A stretch of DNA of 64,000 bases, taken from an uncultured Ruminococcus sp. GTDB taxonomy: Bacteria > Bacillota > Clostridia > Lachnospirales > Lachnospiraceae. Below the pieces are notes generated by a model. The model saw nothing but the letters and a program-made list of their open reading frames with translations, was not told the origin of the DNA and did no database searches. A program made the position numbers and the translations under genes. Below are positions 1-8,427 of this stretch, piece by piece; the stretch's first letter is position 1, and the number at the start of each line of letters is the position of its first letter. The stretch spans positions 423-64,422 of the forward strand of contig UQVC01000008.1 of assembly GCA_900544395.1 (NCBI GenBank), in the 5' to 3' direction.

Positions 1-2
1 AG

Positions 3-1220
3 AAAGGCGAGCGCGTCAACGGCGAAGCTCCTTACGGCTACCTTATCGACCCGGATAACCGCAATCATCTGATACCCGACCCGGAAACGGCGCACGTCGT
101 AAAACAGATTTTTGCAATGTATGTACGGGGCGACCGTATGTGTGAAATCCAGAACTGGCTGCGGGACAATGAAATACTGACCGTCGGGGAACTGCGCTAC
201 CGCAGGACAGGGAGCAAACGCCACCCCCGCCCACAGCTCAACGCATGGTACAACTGGCCGGATAAGACGCTGTACGACATTCTGACAAGGAAAGAATATT
301 TAGGGCATACCATAACCGGGAAAACCTACAAGGTATCTTATAAGTCGAAAAAGACGAAAAAGAACCCGGAGGAAAAAAGGTATTTCTTCCCCAACACTCA
401 CGAACCTTTGATTGATGAAGAAACCTTTGAACTTGCACAGAAGCGGATTGCCACCCGGCAACGCCCGACAAAGGTTGATGAAATTGACCTGTTTTCCGGG
501 CTGCTCTTTTGCGGGGACTGCGGCTACAAAATGTATGCAGTACGCGGAGCCGGGACGCTTGAACGGAAACACGCCTACACTTGCGGCAACTACCGCAACC
601 GGGCAAGAAATGATATGCTCTGCACTACGCATTATATCCGCAAAAGCGTATTGAAAGAACTTGTCCTTGCAGACTTGCAGCGAGTAACGTCTTATGTGAA
701 AGAGCATGAACAGGAGTTTATCGAAACAGCCAACGAGTGCAGCGCAAAGGCAGTACAAAAGACGCTGACACAGCAGCGGAAAGAGCTTGACAAGGCGCAG
801 AACCGTATTAACGAGCTGAACATCTTATTCCGCAAGCTCTACGAGGACAACGCTTTAGGGAAACTTTCAGATGAACAATTTGCTTTTCTGACTTCCGGCT
901 ATGATGAAGAAAAAAAGACGCTGACCCGGAGGATTGCGGAGCTGTCACAGGAAATCGACAACGCCACCGAGCGCAGCGCGGACGTAAAAAGGTTTGTCGC
1001 ACTGGTACGCAGATACACAGCGATTGAAGAACTGACCTACGAAAACGTCCATGAATTTATTGACCGTATTCTTATTCACGAACTGGATAAGGAAACGAAC
1101 ACCCGCAAAATCGAAATCTTTTATAGCTTTGTCGGCAGAGTTGATACAGGTGACAAGCCTACCGAAAGTATCTCCTATTTCAGACAGATAGGAGCCGACG
1201 TAAAGAGTTATGCTATCTAA
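3..1220 (+). CDS. Large serine recombinase, 5'-partial (gene starts left of the window)
   Basis: ORF in frame from nt 3. It carries serine-recombinase recombinase-domain, zinc-ribbon (CGDCGYKMY...CGNY) and coiled-coil regions typical of TndX/TnpX/CcrB-type enzymes. GC is about that of the chromosomal genes. Confidence 0.85.
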   Translation, partial: KGERVNGEAPYGYLIDPDNRNHLIPDPETAHVVKQIFAMYVRGDRMCEIQNWLRDNEILTVGELRYRRTGSKRHPRPQLNAWYNWPDKTLYDILTRKEYLGHTITGKTYKVSYKSKKTKKNPEEKRYFFPNTHEPLIDEETFELAQKRIATRQRPTKVDEIDLFSGLLFCGDCGYKMYAVRGAGTLERKHAYTCGNYRNRARNDMLCTTHYIRKSVLKELVLADLQRVTSYVKEHEQEFIETANECSAKAVQKTLTQQRKELDKAQNRINELNILFRKLYEDNALGKLSDEQFAFLTSGYDEEKKTLTRRIAELSQEIDNATERSADVKRFVALVRRYTAIEELTYENVHEFIDRILIHELDKETNTRKIEIFYSFVGRVDTGDKPTESISYFRQIGADVKSYAI

Positions 1221-1224
1221 CATA

Positions 1225-1466
<242 letters not shown>

Positions 1467-1571
1467 TTATCCTCCTTTATAACTAACCCGTGTTTACAAT
1501 ACCTGCTTGCAAGTAAAGTATAACATGGGTTATTTTTCACATTCAATCTATTTCTTACAACTGCACCGAAT

Positions 1572-1814
1572 TTATGCGATTGTCTGCTTTGCTTTCTCAA
1601 GCATAACATCAGTCAGAAGTTCTTCCATTGTCTTCCCCTTTTCGGGAAAATGCTCTTTTACAACAATCTTTGTCTTTCCTCTGTTTCCAATGCCACACTT
1701 GTTATTTTTCTTTTGAATTGTTTTTACAGTATTATCAATAACACATACCCCCTTTCTGTAAAAATCTTTTCTAAGCAATTCAACGGCTTTTGTCATAGCC
1801 CACAGGAGTTCCAC
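1572..1814 (-). CDS. Hypothetical small protein (80 aa)
   Basis: ORF only. No recognisable motif. AT-rich codon usage like the island. Confidence 0.25.
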   Translation of the reverse strand: MELLWAMTKAVELLRKDFYRKGVCVIDNTVKTIQKKNNKCGIGNRGKTKIVVKEHFPEKGKTMEELLTDVMLEKAKQTIA

Positions 1815-2059
1815 CTCTGCATAGTTCTTATGTAGCCGTACCCATTGCGTGCGACGCTCTTAACGCTCAAGCTGTGGCTGTACGGGAGTATCATTATCTG
1901 ACAGCACAGGTCATGGCGATAAAAGAGGACAAGTCTTTTACAAGAACACAAATAGAGTTCGCTCGCTTTTGCAGGGGAAAGGTCATGGCGTATTTGTTTC
2001 AACGGCTAGCTGTCTGTCAAACGTATTGAATTGCTTTATTCAGTTGTCAAAGAACCCGA

Positions 2060-2810
2060 AAGAAGAAAATCATCTTTCCTATATACCGCGTTGGAAAAGA
2101 GGGGAAATGTAACCAAAATTCAAAACTTTTTCCATTATTAGTACAAATGGAACGGTTCATTTTGGCAATCAACGGTTGATTTTCTCCTTTTTCACTACTA
2201 TCTGTACAGCAAACGTCCATTTGTTAAGTTGAAATGGAAAAATTTTAACTTCTTTTCTTGCACCATATAGGGATAGAAATTGTCATTTTGCTAAGTTAAT
2301 GACGAAAAAAGATTATTCTTCTTTTCACACCCTAACTACCCAAACCATACCGTTACTGCCAACAATAGAATGAAATATTTTCTTTGCACCATATAGGGAA
2401 CGGAAACCTTAAATTGTTAAGTTTAGAATAAAGTATTTTCCTCTTTTCACATCAACACTCAACTGCTAATGCCTGTTTGAATACAAATCAAGAAATGACA
2501 TAATAATTTCTTCTTTCTTGCACCAACACTCGACACGAGTAAGATATTTGAATACAAATTTAAGATAGTTTTTCCTCTTTTCATAGAACACTGTCCATTA
2601 ATCACGAATTTCCGTCATTTTTTCAAAACTTTTTTCTTCTTTCACATCATATAGGGACAGCAAGCCCTGATTTAATGACCTATTTTCAAAAAAAGTTTAG
2701 ATTTCCTTTTCTCGCACCATATCTGTACGCAAGTAGCTGTTTTGTTGCAGATTTGATAAAAAAGTTCATTTTTCTTTTCCGTTCCATATAGGGAATAAAA
2801 ATGACTCTTT
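2060..2810. repeat. Array of about 10-11 degenerate direct repeats (minus-strand consensus about TCCCTATATGGTGCAAGAAAAGAAG, with GTACAGATA / GAGTGTTG variants of the 5' half) at about 57-77-bp (mean ~65-bp) periodicity. No ORF of 60 aa or more in 2041-2840.
   Basis: Repeat cores on the plus strand sit near 2196, 2252, 2308, 2375, 2440, 2513, 2575, 2636, 2706 and 2783 (e.g. cttcttttcttgcaccatatagggatagaaa, attttctttgcaccatatagggaacggaaa, cctcttttcacatcaacactcaactgc). The array lies immediately 3' of the Rep_trans gene. Confidence 0.6.
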
Positions 2811-2840
2811 GCTGACTAAATCTGAAATTTTTCAATTACA

Positions 2841-4124
2841 TTAAAAAATACCGTCATTCTCTTGTGGAACAGCGGTATCTATTCGTTCTTCTATGGTCGA
2901 TTTTTCTAATTGTAATAAATGTTTATGCTTGCCTTTGAGTTCTGCCTGTTCAATCATATCTTTCAGTATCGTTGTATGATTTTCTCTGTCTAATGCTTGT
3001 ACCATTTTTATGGTTGGTGCAACCTGTCTTTGTAACCAATGCAATGCTTTTTGTAAAGTATAAGGTTCTGGCTTTGTAGTTAATCGTATCGGTTCTCTGT
3101 TTTCCCCTACAAACCACGCCCAATCATCATTTGTTTTCCATTGACTTTTTGGCTTGTCGTCCTCTCTGTCAACAAAGCGGACATAATGATTGATGATAGA
3201 AAAAGCGGTGCGTTCAGCGTCCCGATAGGTCAGTAAATCTACAACCGCATAATAGGCTCGTTCATTCTTCATGCGTATTTCAAAACGGTTTTTTATTTCC
3301 GTATCTTCAACTTCTATGCCATTTTTGACATACTGCTCATAATTCTTCTGATAAGCACACATATATAATTCACTGCTTGTTGAACCGAGATATAAGGTTT
3401 CTCCTGTATTCTTTGGTAAATCACTACCGCATTTTTCCGTACCGCTGTAATCTTTCTGCATACGAAAGTAGGAGATACATTCGCCAGCCTTATATTTTTC
3501 CTTTAATTTTGGAATATCTAATATTCCTGCTTTATCATTGATTGCCAAGTCAAGACGTTTCATCTTACCACTTGCCGTTAAACAATCAAGCATGAAGTCA
3601 TACCATGAGCGTTCTTGTGCCAATAAATAACTTTCCATTTGACGACAGCCTTTGCCTTTCAATTCCAATAAAACACCTAAATGTTCCTGCATGGAACACA
3701 TGATATTGATGTCGCCAAGTACATATTTGCTTTCATATCCGTATTTTCCATAATCTTCATAAAGCATATAATCGGCTTTCAGTTGTAATACATCACGGAT
3801 AATCGCCAATGCGTCCGTAGTAGGAAATCGGACACGAAAGTAATCAATCAATAAGAATAGTGGCTCTTGCGGATTGAAACGCTCAATCTGTTTTTCTATG
3901 ACTTCTCTTAATTCGTCATTTAATGGCTGTTTCCCTTTTTCAATGCGGTTGTAATATTCACGGCTGATACCACAGGCAACAGCAAGCCTTGTTTGTGTTA
4001 CTCCGTATTCCTCACGCTTTTGTCTTAATTCTTCAATAAAGTTTTTATCATTCATTTTTAAATTCCTCCAATCAAAAAAGGCAACTACCATATTTGATAA
4101 TTGCTTATACTTAAATTTCTGCAA
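2841..4124 (-). CDS. Rep_trans family replication initiator / MOBT-type relaxase with N-terminal XRE HTH domain
   Basis: N-terminal HTH (GVTQTRLAVACGISREYYNRIEKG). Rep_trans signatures RLDLAINDKAG and YLGSTSSELYMCAYQK (Y-x-G-S-x2-S-x6-Y-x-K), as in the pT181 RepC / Tn916 Orf20 / NicK family. Confidence 0.75.
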   Translation of the reverse strand: MQKFKYKQLSNMVVAFFDWRNLKMNDKNFIEELRQKREEYGVTQTRLAVACGISREYYNRIEKGKQPLNDELREVIEKQIERFNPQEPLFLLIDYFRVRFPTTDALAIIRDVLQLKADYMLYEDYGKYGYESKYVLGDINIMCSMQEHLGVLLELKGKGCRQMESYLLAQERSWYDFMLDCLTASGKMKRLDLAINDKAGILDIPKLKEKYKAGECISYFRMQKDYSGTEKCGSDLPKNTGETLYLGSTSSELYMCAYQKNYEQYVKNGIEVEDTEIKNRFEIRMKNERAYYAVVDLLTYRDAERTAFSIINHYVRFVDREDDKPKSQWKTNDDWAWFVGENREPIRLTTKPEPYTLQKALHWLQRQVAPTIKMVQALDRENHTTILKDMIEQAELKGKHKHLLQLEKSTIEERIDTAVPQENDGIF

Positions 4125-4289
4125 AAGAAAAAGACAATCAATTTCTCGTTTGAAATCAACTGTCTTTCCTATGTCTTATTCGATTTTCCCAAGTGATAAT
4201 GGCATAATTTATATCACACCATGTAAAATGCGGTTTCGCCTTGTAAATACAGCATTTTCCGCTTGTTAATGTATATTGTCTCTTGTTTT

Positions 4290-4400
4290 TTGTGCCCCCC
4301 TTGTTAGATAACGGGGGCTTTGAACGGCTCGCAAGCTCGCCGAACCGCCGAAGCGAACCGCCCCCTTGCAAGCATGGCGGAAAAATCTTAAGGATTTTCC
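4290..4400. other. GC-rich inverted/direct repeat cluster upstream of the Rep_trans gene (candidate oriT/nic or dso region)
   Basis: CCCCCC-N12-GGGGGC-N43-GCCCCC, with GCTCGC aa GCTCGCC and GAACC repeats. It is locally GC-rich inside an AT-rich block and lies 170-280 bp upstream of the rep start (4124). Confidence 0.3.
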
Positions 4401-4455
4401 CGCCAACGTGGTCGGATCGCTCCGTCGGTTTAACAGCTTTTCTGTTTCTCTCTAG

Positions 4456-4986
4456 TTATCTACGCATATAAATCAAATCGGTTATTCCGTTATAAGTCTG
4501 TGTTTTACAAAGCCTTAACTTTATTTCCCTGTCTATGTTGCCCAAAAGACGAACCCCATTTCCTAACAGAGTAGGAATAACAGAAATGTAATATTTATCA
4601 ATCATATTTTTGCTTACCAACTGCTGAACAAGATTTGCTCCGCCACAAATCCAAATATCCTTTCCTGCTTCTTGTTTTAGCCGTTCCAATAATAAAACAG
4701 GATTTTCACTTGTAAAATGAATTTGTTGGGAAGAATTGCACTCTTTATGTGTTAATACATAAGTTGTAAATTTATTATATACCCATTCTTGCGGAGAAAG
4801 TTCAGTAACAACCTGATGAGAAGTATTCCACCCCATTAAGACAGTATCTATATCTTTGGTAAATTCTGTATAAGTGTCGATGTTTTCATTGTCATTTCCA
4901 TGACCATTTAGCCAAGCTACTCCACCATTACCGTCCGCAATATATCCGTCAAGGCTCATGGCAATAAATAAAACTACTTTTCTCAT
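4456..4986 (-). CDS. Dihydrofolate reductase family protein (RibD C-terminal domain type)
   Basis: MRKVVLFIAMSLDGYIADGNGGVAWL...IWICGGANLVQQL is the typical RibD_C/DHFR-like pattern. Confidence 0.65.
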   Translation of the reverse strand: MRKVVLFIAMSLDGYIADGNGGVAWLNGHGNDNENIDTYTEFTKDIDTVLMGWNTSHQVVTELSPQEWVYNKFTTYVLTHKECNSSQQIHFTSENPVLLLERLKQEAGKDIWICGGANLVQQLVSKNMIDKYYISVIPTLLGNGVRLLGNIDREIKLRLCKTQTYNGITDLIYMRR

Positions 4987-5016
4987 TTTTTCTCTTTTAT
5001 AAATACAAACAGGAAT

Positions 5017-5112
5017 TTATTTCTCTTTTTTACTCATAAGGGAACAACTGATTGCTACAAATAAACCCATTAAAATCCATGGAAATGCTGCTCTTATAAA
5101 ATCACTAACCAT
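5017..5112 (-). CDS. Candidate small hydrophobic peptide (31 aa, MVSDFIRAAFPWILMGLFVAISCSLMSKKEK)
   Basis: Strong SD (AAGGAGG) 8 nt upstream of the ATG. Single predicted TM. Below the 60-aa ORF-track cutoff. Confidence 0.35.
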   Translation of the reverse strand: MVSDFIRAAFPWILMGLFVAISCSLMSKKEK

Positions 5113-5167
5113 ACTTTATTCCTCCTTAAATTCCAATTTCCTTAGTTCTACAAACTGAAATTTTTGC

Positions 5168-5824
5168 CTATGAATGTATCTTGTTCTTTATACGCAAACA
5201 GGCTTCTGTGTGCATAATCCAATGTCTTGAAAACGGCATTTGAATTAGTCCACAAATATCTTTATTACACCAATAATCAATCAGCCAAATTGCTTTTTCA
5301 TTGTCGTTTACTACATTCAACGATTCTAAGTATCCTTTTCTTTCTTTCGGTATTTTTCTTTTCAATTCATCATAAGATAACCGTTCAAGCATTTTCTCAG
5401 TGCTTTCCCATACTTCGAAAATATATAAATATAATTCTTCCAGATTAAGCTGTTTTGAAAAGTCTGCAATCTGCTGTTTCATGAGTTCATTTCCTGTTGT
5501 AATGATAGGTGAATTGATACGCTCTTGATAATTGCCTGCAAAAAATACTTGTTCATCTTCATTTATCACTGTATGCACAACTATATCTTCAATGCGGAAA
5601 ATATGCCAAATAGAATAAGCAATCGTCTTACTATGATAACCATCAGCGTTTATGAAGGGGATTGAGTTAAAATCTTCTCTGCATAATTCTTCTTTGAAAG
5701 ATACTAAGGTTTGTATTAACTGACTTCGTAAAGTAAGTAAAGTATCAATACCCCTCTTATAAGTATCTTTCTTTTTTATTTGTGCCTGCATTGTTTTATT
5801 AAGTTCAGACCATTCCTTATTCAT
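5168..5824 (-). CDS. DinB/YfiT-like metal-dependent hydrolase family protein (start uncertain; the ORF extends to 5974)
   Basis: His-containing motifs (SIWHIF...HTVINED...FSRHWIMHTE) consistent with the DinB_2 superfamily. Internal ATG at 5824 with a purine-rich upstream region. Confidence 0.5.
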   Translation of the reverse strand: MNKEWSELNKTMQAQIKKKDTYKRGIDTLLTLRSQLIQTLVSFKEELCREDFNSIPFINADGYHSKTIAYSIWHIFRIEDIVVHTVINEDEQVFFAGNYQERINSPIITTGNELMKQQIADFSKQLNLEELYLYIFEVWESTEKMLERLSYDELKRKIPKERKGYLESLNVVNDNEKAIWLIDYWCNKDICGLIQMPFSRHWIMHTEACLRIKNKIHS

Positions 5825-5961
5825 ATTCAATACTCTCTCAAATTCTGATTTTATCGCCCCATACAAATTATTTCGTAAACAATCGGCGTCAGGACAGAGG
5901 AAAAAGCAGACTACATTTAGAATGTATCTGCCCATTCCTCTGGACTGCACACCGATTTTTA

Positions 5962-6027
5962 CCAATTGAACCAAATCGCTGCGCCACAGCCTTGGCAGGC
6001 CATCGCGCAGCGATTTGGTTCAACTGG
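5962..6027. repeat. 23-bp inverted repeat (1 mismatch) with a 20-nt GC-rich loop: ccaattgaaccaaatcgctgcgc ... gcgcagcgatttggttcaactgg
   Basis: Read directly from the sequence. It sits between the dfr gene's 3' end and the DinB-like gene. No T-run follows. Confidence 0.6.
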
Positions 6028-6106
6028 AATTTGTCTTACAACAATTTATATATGCATAAAAAGCAATATATTTATGAAAACACCCTAAATCCAAAATTTA
6101 CTCAAT

Positions 6107-6580
6107 TCATTTTTTCCTTACATAAAATGTTCTCGTATATTTCACTTCCTCACCAAGTGTTTCCCCTATCAAAACTTCAAAATCATTGATATCAAATTCT
6201 GGAAAGAATGTATCTCCATCTTCAATATTTAAATCTACTTCTGTGATATACATTTTATCTACTATTTGCAAAGCTTCCTTAAATAGTCCATATCCACCAG
6301 ATATGTATACATCTCGTCCTTTAGCCAATAATAATGCATCTTCTAATGATTTAACTGAAACTAAATTATCTCCTTGATACTCTGTTGTGGTGGAAACAAC
6401 AATATTCATTCTATTAGGCAACGGATGACCGATTTCTTCATAAGACTTTCGCCCCATAATAACCACATTACCCGTTGTTAACTCTCTAAATTGCTTTTGT
6501 TCTCCCTTTATTTTCCATGGTATATTACCATTCTTGCCTATAACATTATTCTTTGACCTCGCAACAATCAAACCTATCAT
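6107..6580 (-). CDS. dfrF: Trimethoprim-resistant dihydrofolate reductase, DfrF-like (157 aa)
   Basis: Canonical DHFR (MIGLIVA...NVIGKNGNIPWKIKGE...VIMGRKSYEEIG..PLPNR.NIVVS). From memory the sequence looks identical or near-identical to enterococcal/streptococcal DfrF. RBS GGAGG. AT-rich context. Confidence 0.8.
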   Translation of the reverse strand: MIGLIVARSKNNVIGKNGNIPWKIKGEQKQFRELTTGNVVIMGRKSYEEIGHPLPNRMNIVVSTTTEYQGDNLVSVKSLEDALLLAKGRDVYISGGYGLFKEALQIVDKMYITEVDLNIEDGDTFFPEFDINDFEVLIGETLGEEVKYTRTFYVRKK

Positions 6581-6882
6581 CTATTTCATCCTCCATAATA
6601 TGATGTCGTACCTGTGATTCCATCAAGTGCACCACATCTTAACAAACTCAAAATTATCTCGAACTAACCAGCTCGACAAATTCCTTTTTTGTCTTCATCT
6701 GCATTATATCATATTGTTATAAGCATTGCCATTTCTTTTCTGCTTTTGAAAAGTTACTTATCAGCCTATGTTTTGTAAAGGGTGATATTCAGCATTTCTC
6801 ACGCAACAAGCCCTTGACAAACCATAGACTAATAAGTTTTAAGGTAATCAAGCAGAAATGAAATAGTCTGCTGTTTCACGGC

Positions 6883-6921
6883 AACAAAAAAGAGATACCA
6901 ACACACTTATGTAGTATCTCT
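6883..6921 (-). terminator. Rho-independent terminator for the minus-strand HTH gene
   Basis: AGAGATAC-N15-GTATCTCT stem. An A6 run sits on the plus-strand 5' side, giving a U-tract on the minus transcript. Confidence 0.55.
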
Positions 6922-6982
6922 TAGTCTAGTAGCAATATTCTTTTGTTTGCAAGCAGGTAAACATGGGCTGTTTCTTAATATC

Positions 6983-7138
6983 TTTTTGTTTGGGAAACAC
7001 CCCTCTCCCATTTTGAAACGGCTTTATCGGAAAGAAACAATCGTTCTGCCAGTTCTTTTTGTGTGTAGCCTTTTTCCTTTCGCAGCATTGCCACAAATGC
7101 TCCAAACTTTTGATTGTCGATTTCATACATGTTCCCCA
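6983..7138 (-). CDS. XRE-family HTH protein, 51 aa, probably a truncated regulator (MYEIDNQKFGAFVAMLRKEKGYTQKELAERLFLSDKAVSKWERGVSQTKRY)
   Basis: Canonical Cro/C1 HTH. The frame differs from the junk 95-aa ORF listed in the track. It ends right after the HTH. Confidence 0.55.
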
Positions 7139-7251
7139 TCTCCTTGTTGTTTTTATGATTTTAGTGTAAAAGATTTTCCTTCTTTTGACAATCGACTGCC
7201 GGTAGAATGGCATTTTTTTTGCTTATTATTCGCTTATTTTCCGAAAAATAC

Positions 7252-7280
7252 TGTACAGAATCTATGTGGTGTGCTATACT
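7252..7280 (+). promoter_or_regulatory. Sigma-A-type promoter: TGTACA-N17-TGcTATACT (extended -10)
   Basis: Located about 35 nt upstream of the riboswitch-like element and 130 nt upstream of the nucleoside hydrolase start codon. Confidence 0.45.
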
Positions 7281-7314
7281 CTACCTCGCATTTAGCAAAT
7301 CAGAGCACGGTTCT

Positions 7315-7353
7315 CTGGACTGGTTCGTGAACTTCCCAGTATAAAAAACCAAG
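7315..7353 (+). ncRNA. Putative preQ1-I riboswitch aptamer (CUGG...CCCAG hairpin + UAUAAAAAACCAAG tail)
   Basis: Architecture matches class I preQ1 aptamers: a short stem-loop followed by an A-rich tail able to pseudoknot with the loop, ending CAAG. It sits in the 5' leader of a queuosine-salvage-type operon. Confidence 0.5.
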
Positions 7354-7407
7354 TATCTCAGACATGCAGTTTAGACTGCAGAATCAAAAAGTAAAGGAGA
7401 TTGGAGA

Positions 7408-8427
7408 ATGAATGCAACAAAAGTCATCATTGACTGTGATCCTGGGATCGATGACGCTCTCGCCCTGATGCTGGCGCTGCGCTCACCGGAACTTGAGATT
7501 TTAGGGATTACAGTTGTCTCTGGGAACGTCCCGGCAAAACAAGGTGCAGAAAACGCAAAAAAAATCCTGCACTGGATGGATCGGATGGACATTCCCGTAT
7601 ATCTTGGAGAAGAACTGCCGCTTGTCATTCCTTATGTAGATGCAATGGACACCCATGGAACAGACGGTCTTGGCGAATCTCATTATCCAAAAATCACAGA
7701 TGGAATCATACACAAAAACGGCGTGGAATTTATTGCCCGCACGCTGCAAAAGGCTGCCCTGGAGAATGAAGCCGTCTCGGTCATCGCACTGGGACCTCTG
7801 ACCAACCTTGCCAGAGTCATACAGATGTATCCTGACAGTCTGAAAGGACTTGGGGAACTGATCAGTATGGGCGGAAGCTATCGAAGCCATGGAAACTGTT
7901 CTCCGGTAGCGGAATACAATTACTGGTGTGATCCTCACGCTGCCGAAATCATTTTTCGGGCATTTGAAGAACTGCCTGTTTTGCAGGACAAGCAAATTCA
8001 TATGGTGGGACTTGATGTGACCAGAAAAATCGTACTGACGCCAAATCTTCTCGAATACATGTGCGTTACAGATCCGACGATGGGAGAACGGATCCGGCGG
8101 ATTACCCGGTTCTATTTTGATTTTCACTGGAAACAGGAAGGAGTCATTGGCTGTGTGATCAACGATCCCCTTGCTGTGGCTTATTTTATCGACCGCTCTT
8201 TATGCAGCGGAATCAATGCCTGTACCAGGATCGCCACCGAAGGTCTTTGCATCGGGCAAAGTGTCGTAGATGGATTTGATATCTGGAACGGCAAAAAAAA
8301 TACTCATGTATTGACAGAAGTAGATGGAATGCGGTTTATGCAGATGTTTCTGGAGCGTCTCTTTCAAATTCCACCAAAGAAAAGTCTTCCGGTGCTGGAG
8401 CAGATCTTAAGTGGAGGTGTCCGATGA
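7408..8427 (+). CDS. IU-type nucleoside hydrolase, likely queuosine hydrolase (QueK-like)
   Basis: DCDPGIDDALAL N-terminal IU-NH signature. Operon with an ECF S component and a radical-SAM-like gene, as described for queuosine salvage in Clostridioides. Confidence 0.7.
   Translation: MNATKVIIDCDPGIDDALALMLALRSPELEILGITVVSGNVPAKQGAENAKKILHWMDRMDIPVYLGEELPLVIPYVDAMDTHGTDGLGESHYPKITDGIIHKNGVEFIARTLQKAALENEAVSVIALGPLTNLARVIQMYPDSLKGLGELISMGGSYRSHGNCSPVAEYNYWCDPHAAEIIFRAFEELPVLQDKQIHMVGLDVTRKIVLTPNLLEYMCVTDPTMGERIRRITRFYFDFHWKQEGVIGCVINDPLAVAYFIDRSLCSGINACTRIATEGLCIGQSVVDGFDIWNGKKNTHVLTEVDGMRFMQMFLERLFQIPPKKSLPVLEQILSGGVR

Noticed and set aside
2060-2810. Calling the repeat array a CRISPR array
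   Set aside because: The repeats are highly divergent (three families of 5' halves and many substitutions). I saw no cas genes or leader-like sequence. I kept it as an unexplained repeat array instead.
7185-7210. TTGACA ... TAGAAT hexamers as a promoter
   Set aside because: The spacer is only 12 nt. The TGTACA-N17-TGcTATACT promoter 60 bp downstream is a better fit.
6926-7213. 95-aa ORF from the track on the minus strand
   Set aside because: Wrong frame. The +1 frame gives a canonical XRE HTH (51 aa, 6983-7138), while the 95-aa frame is featureless.
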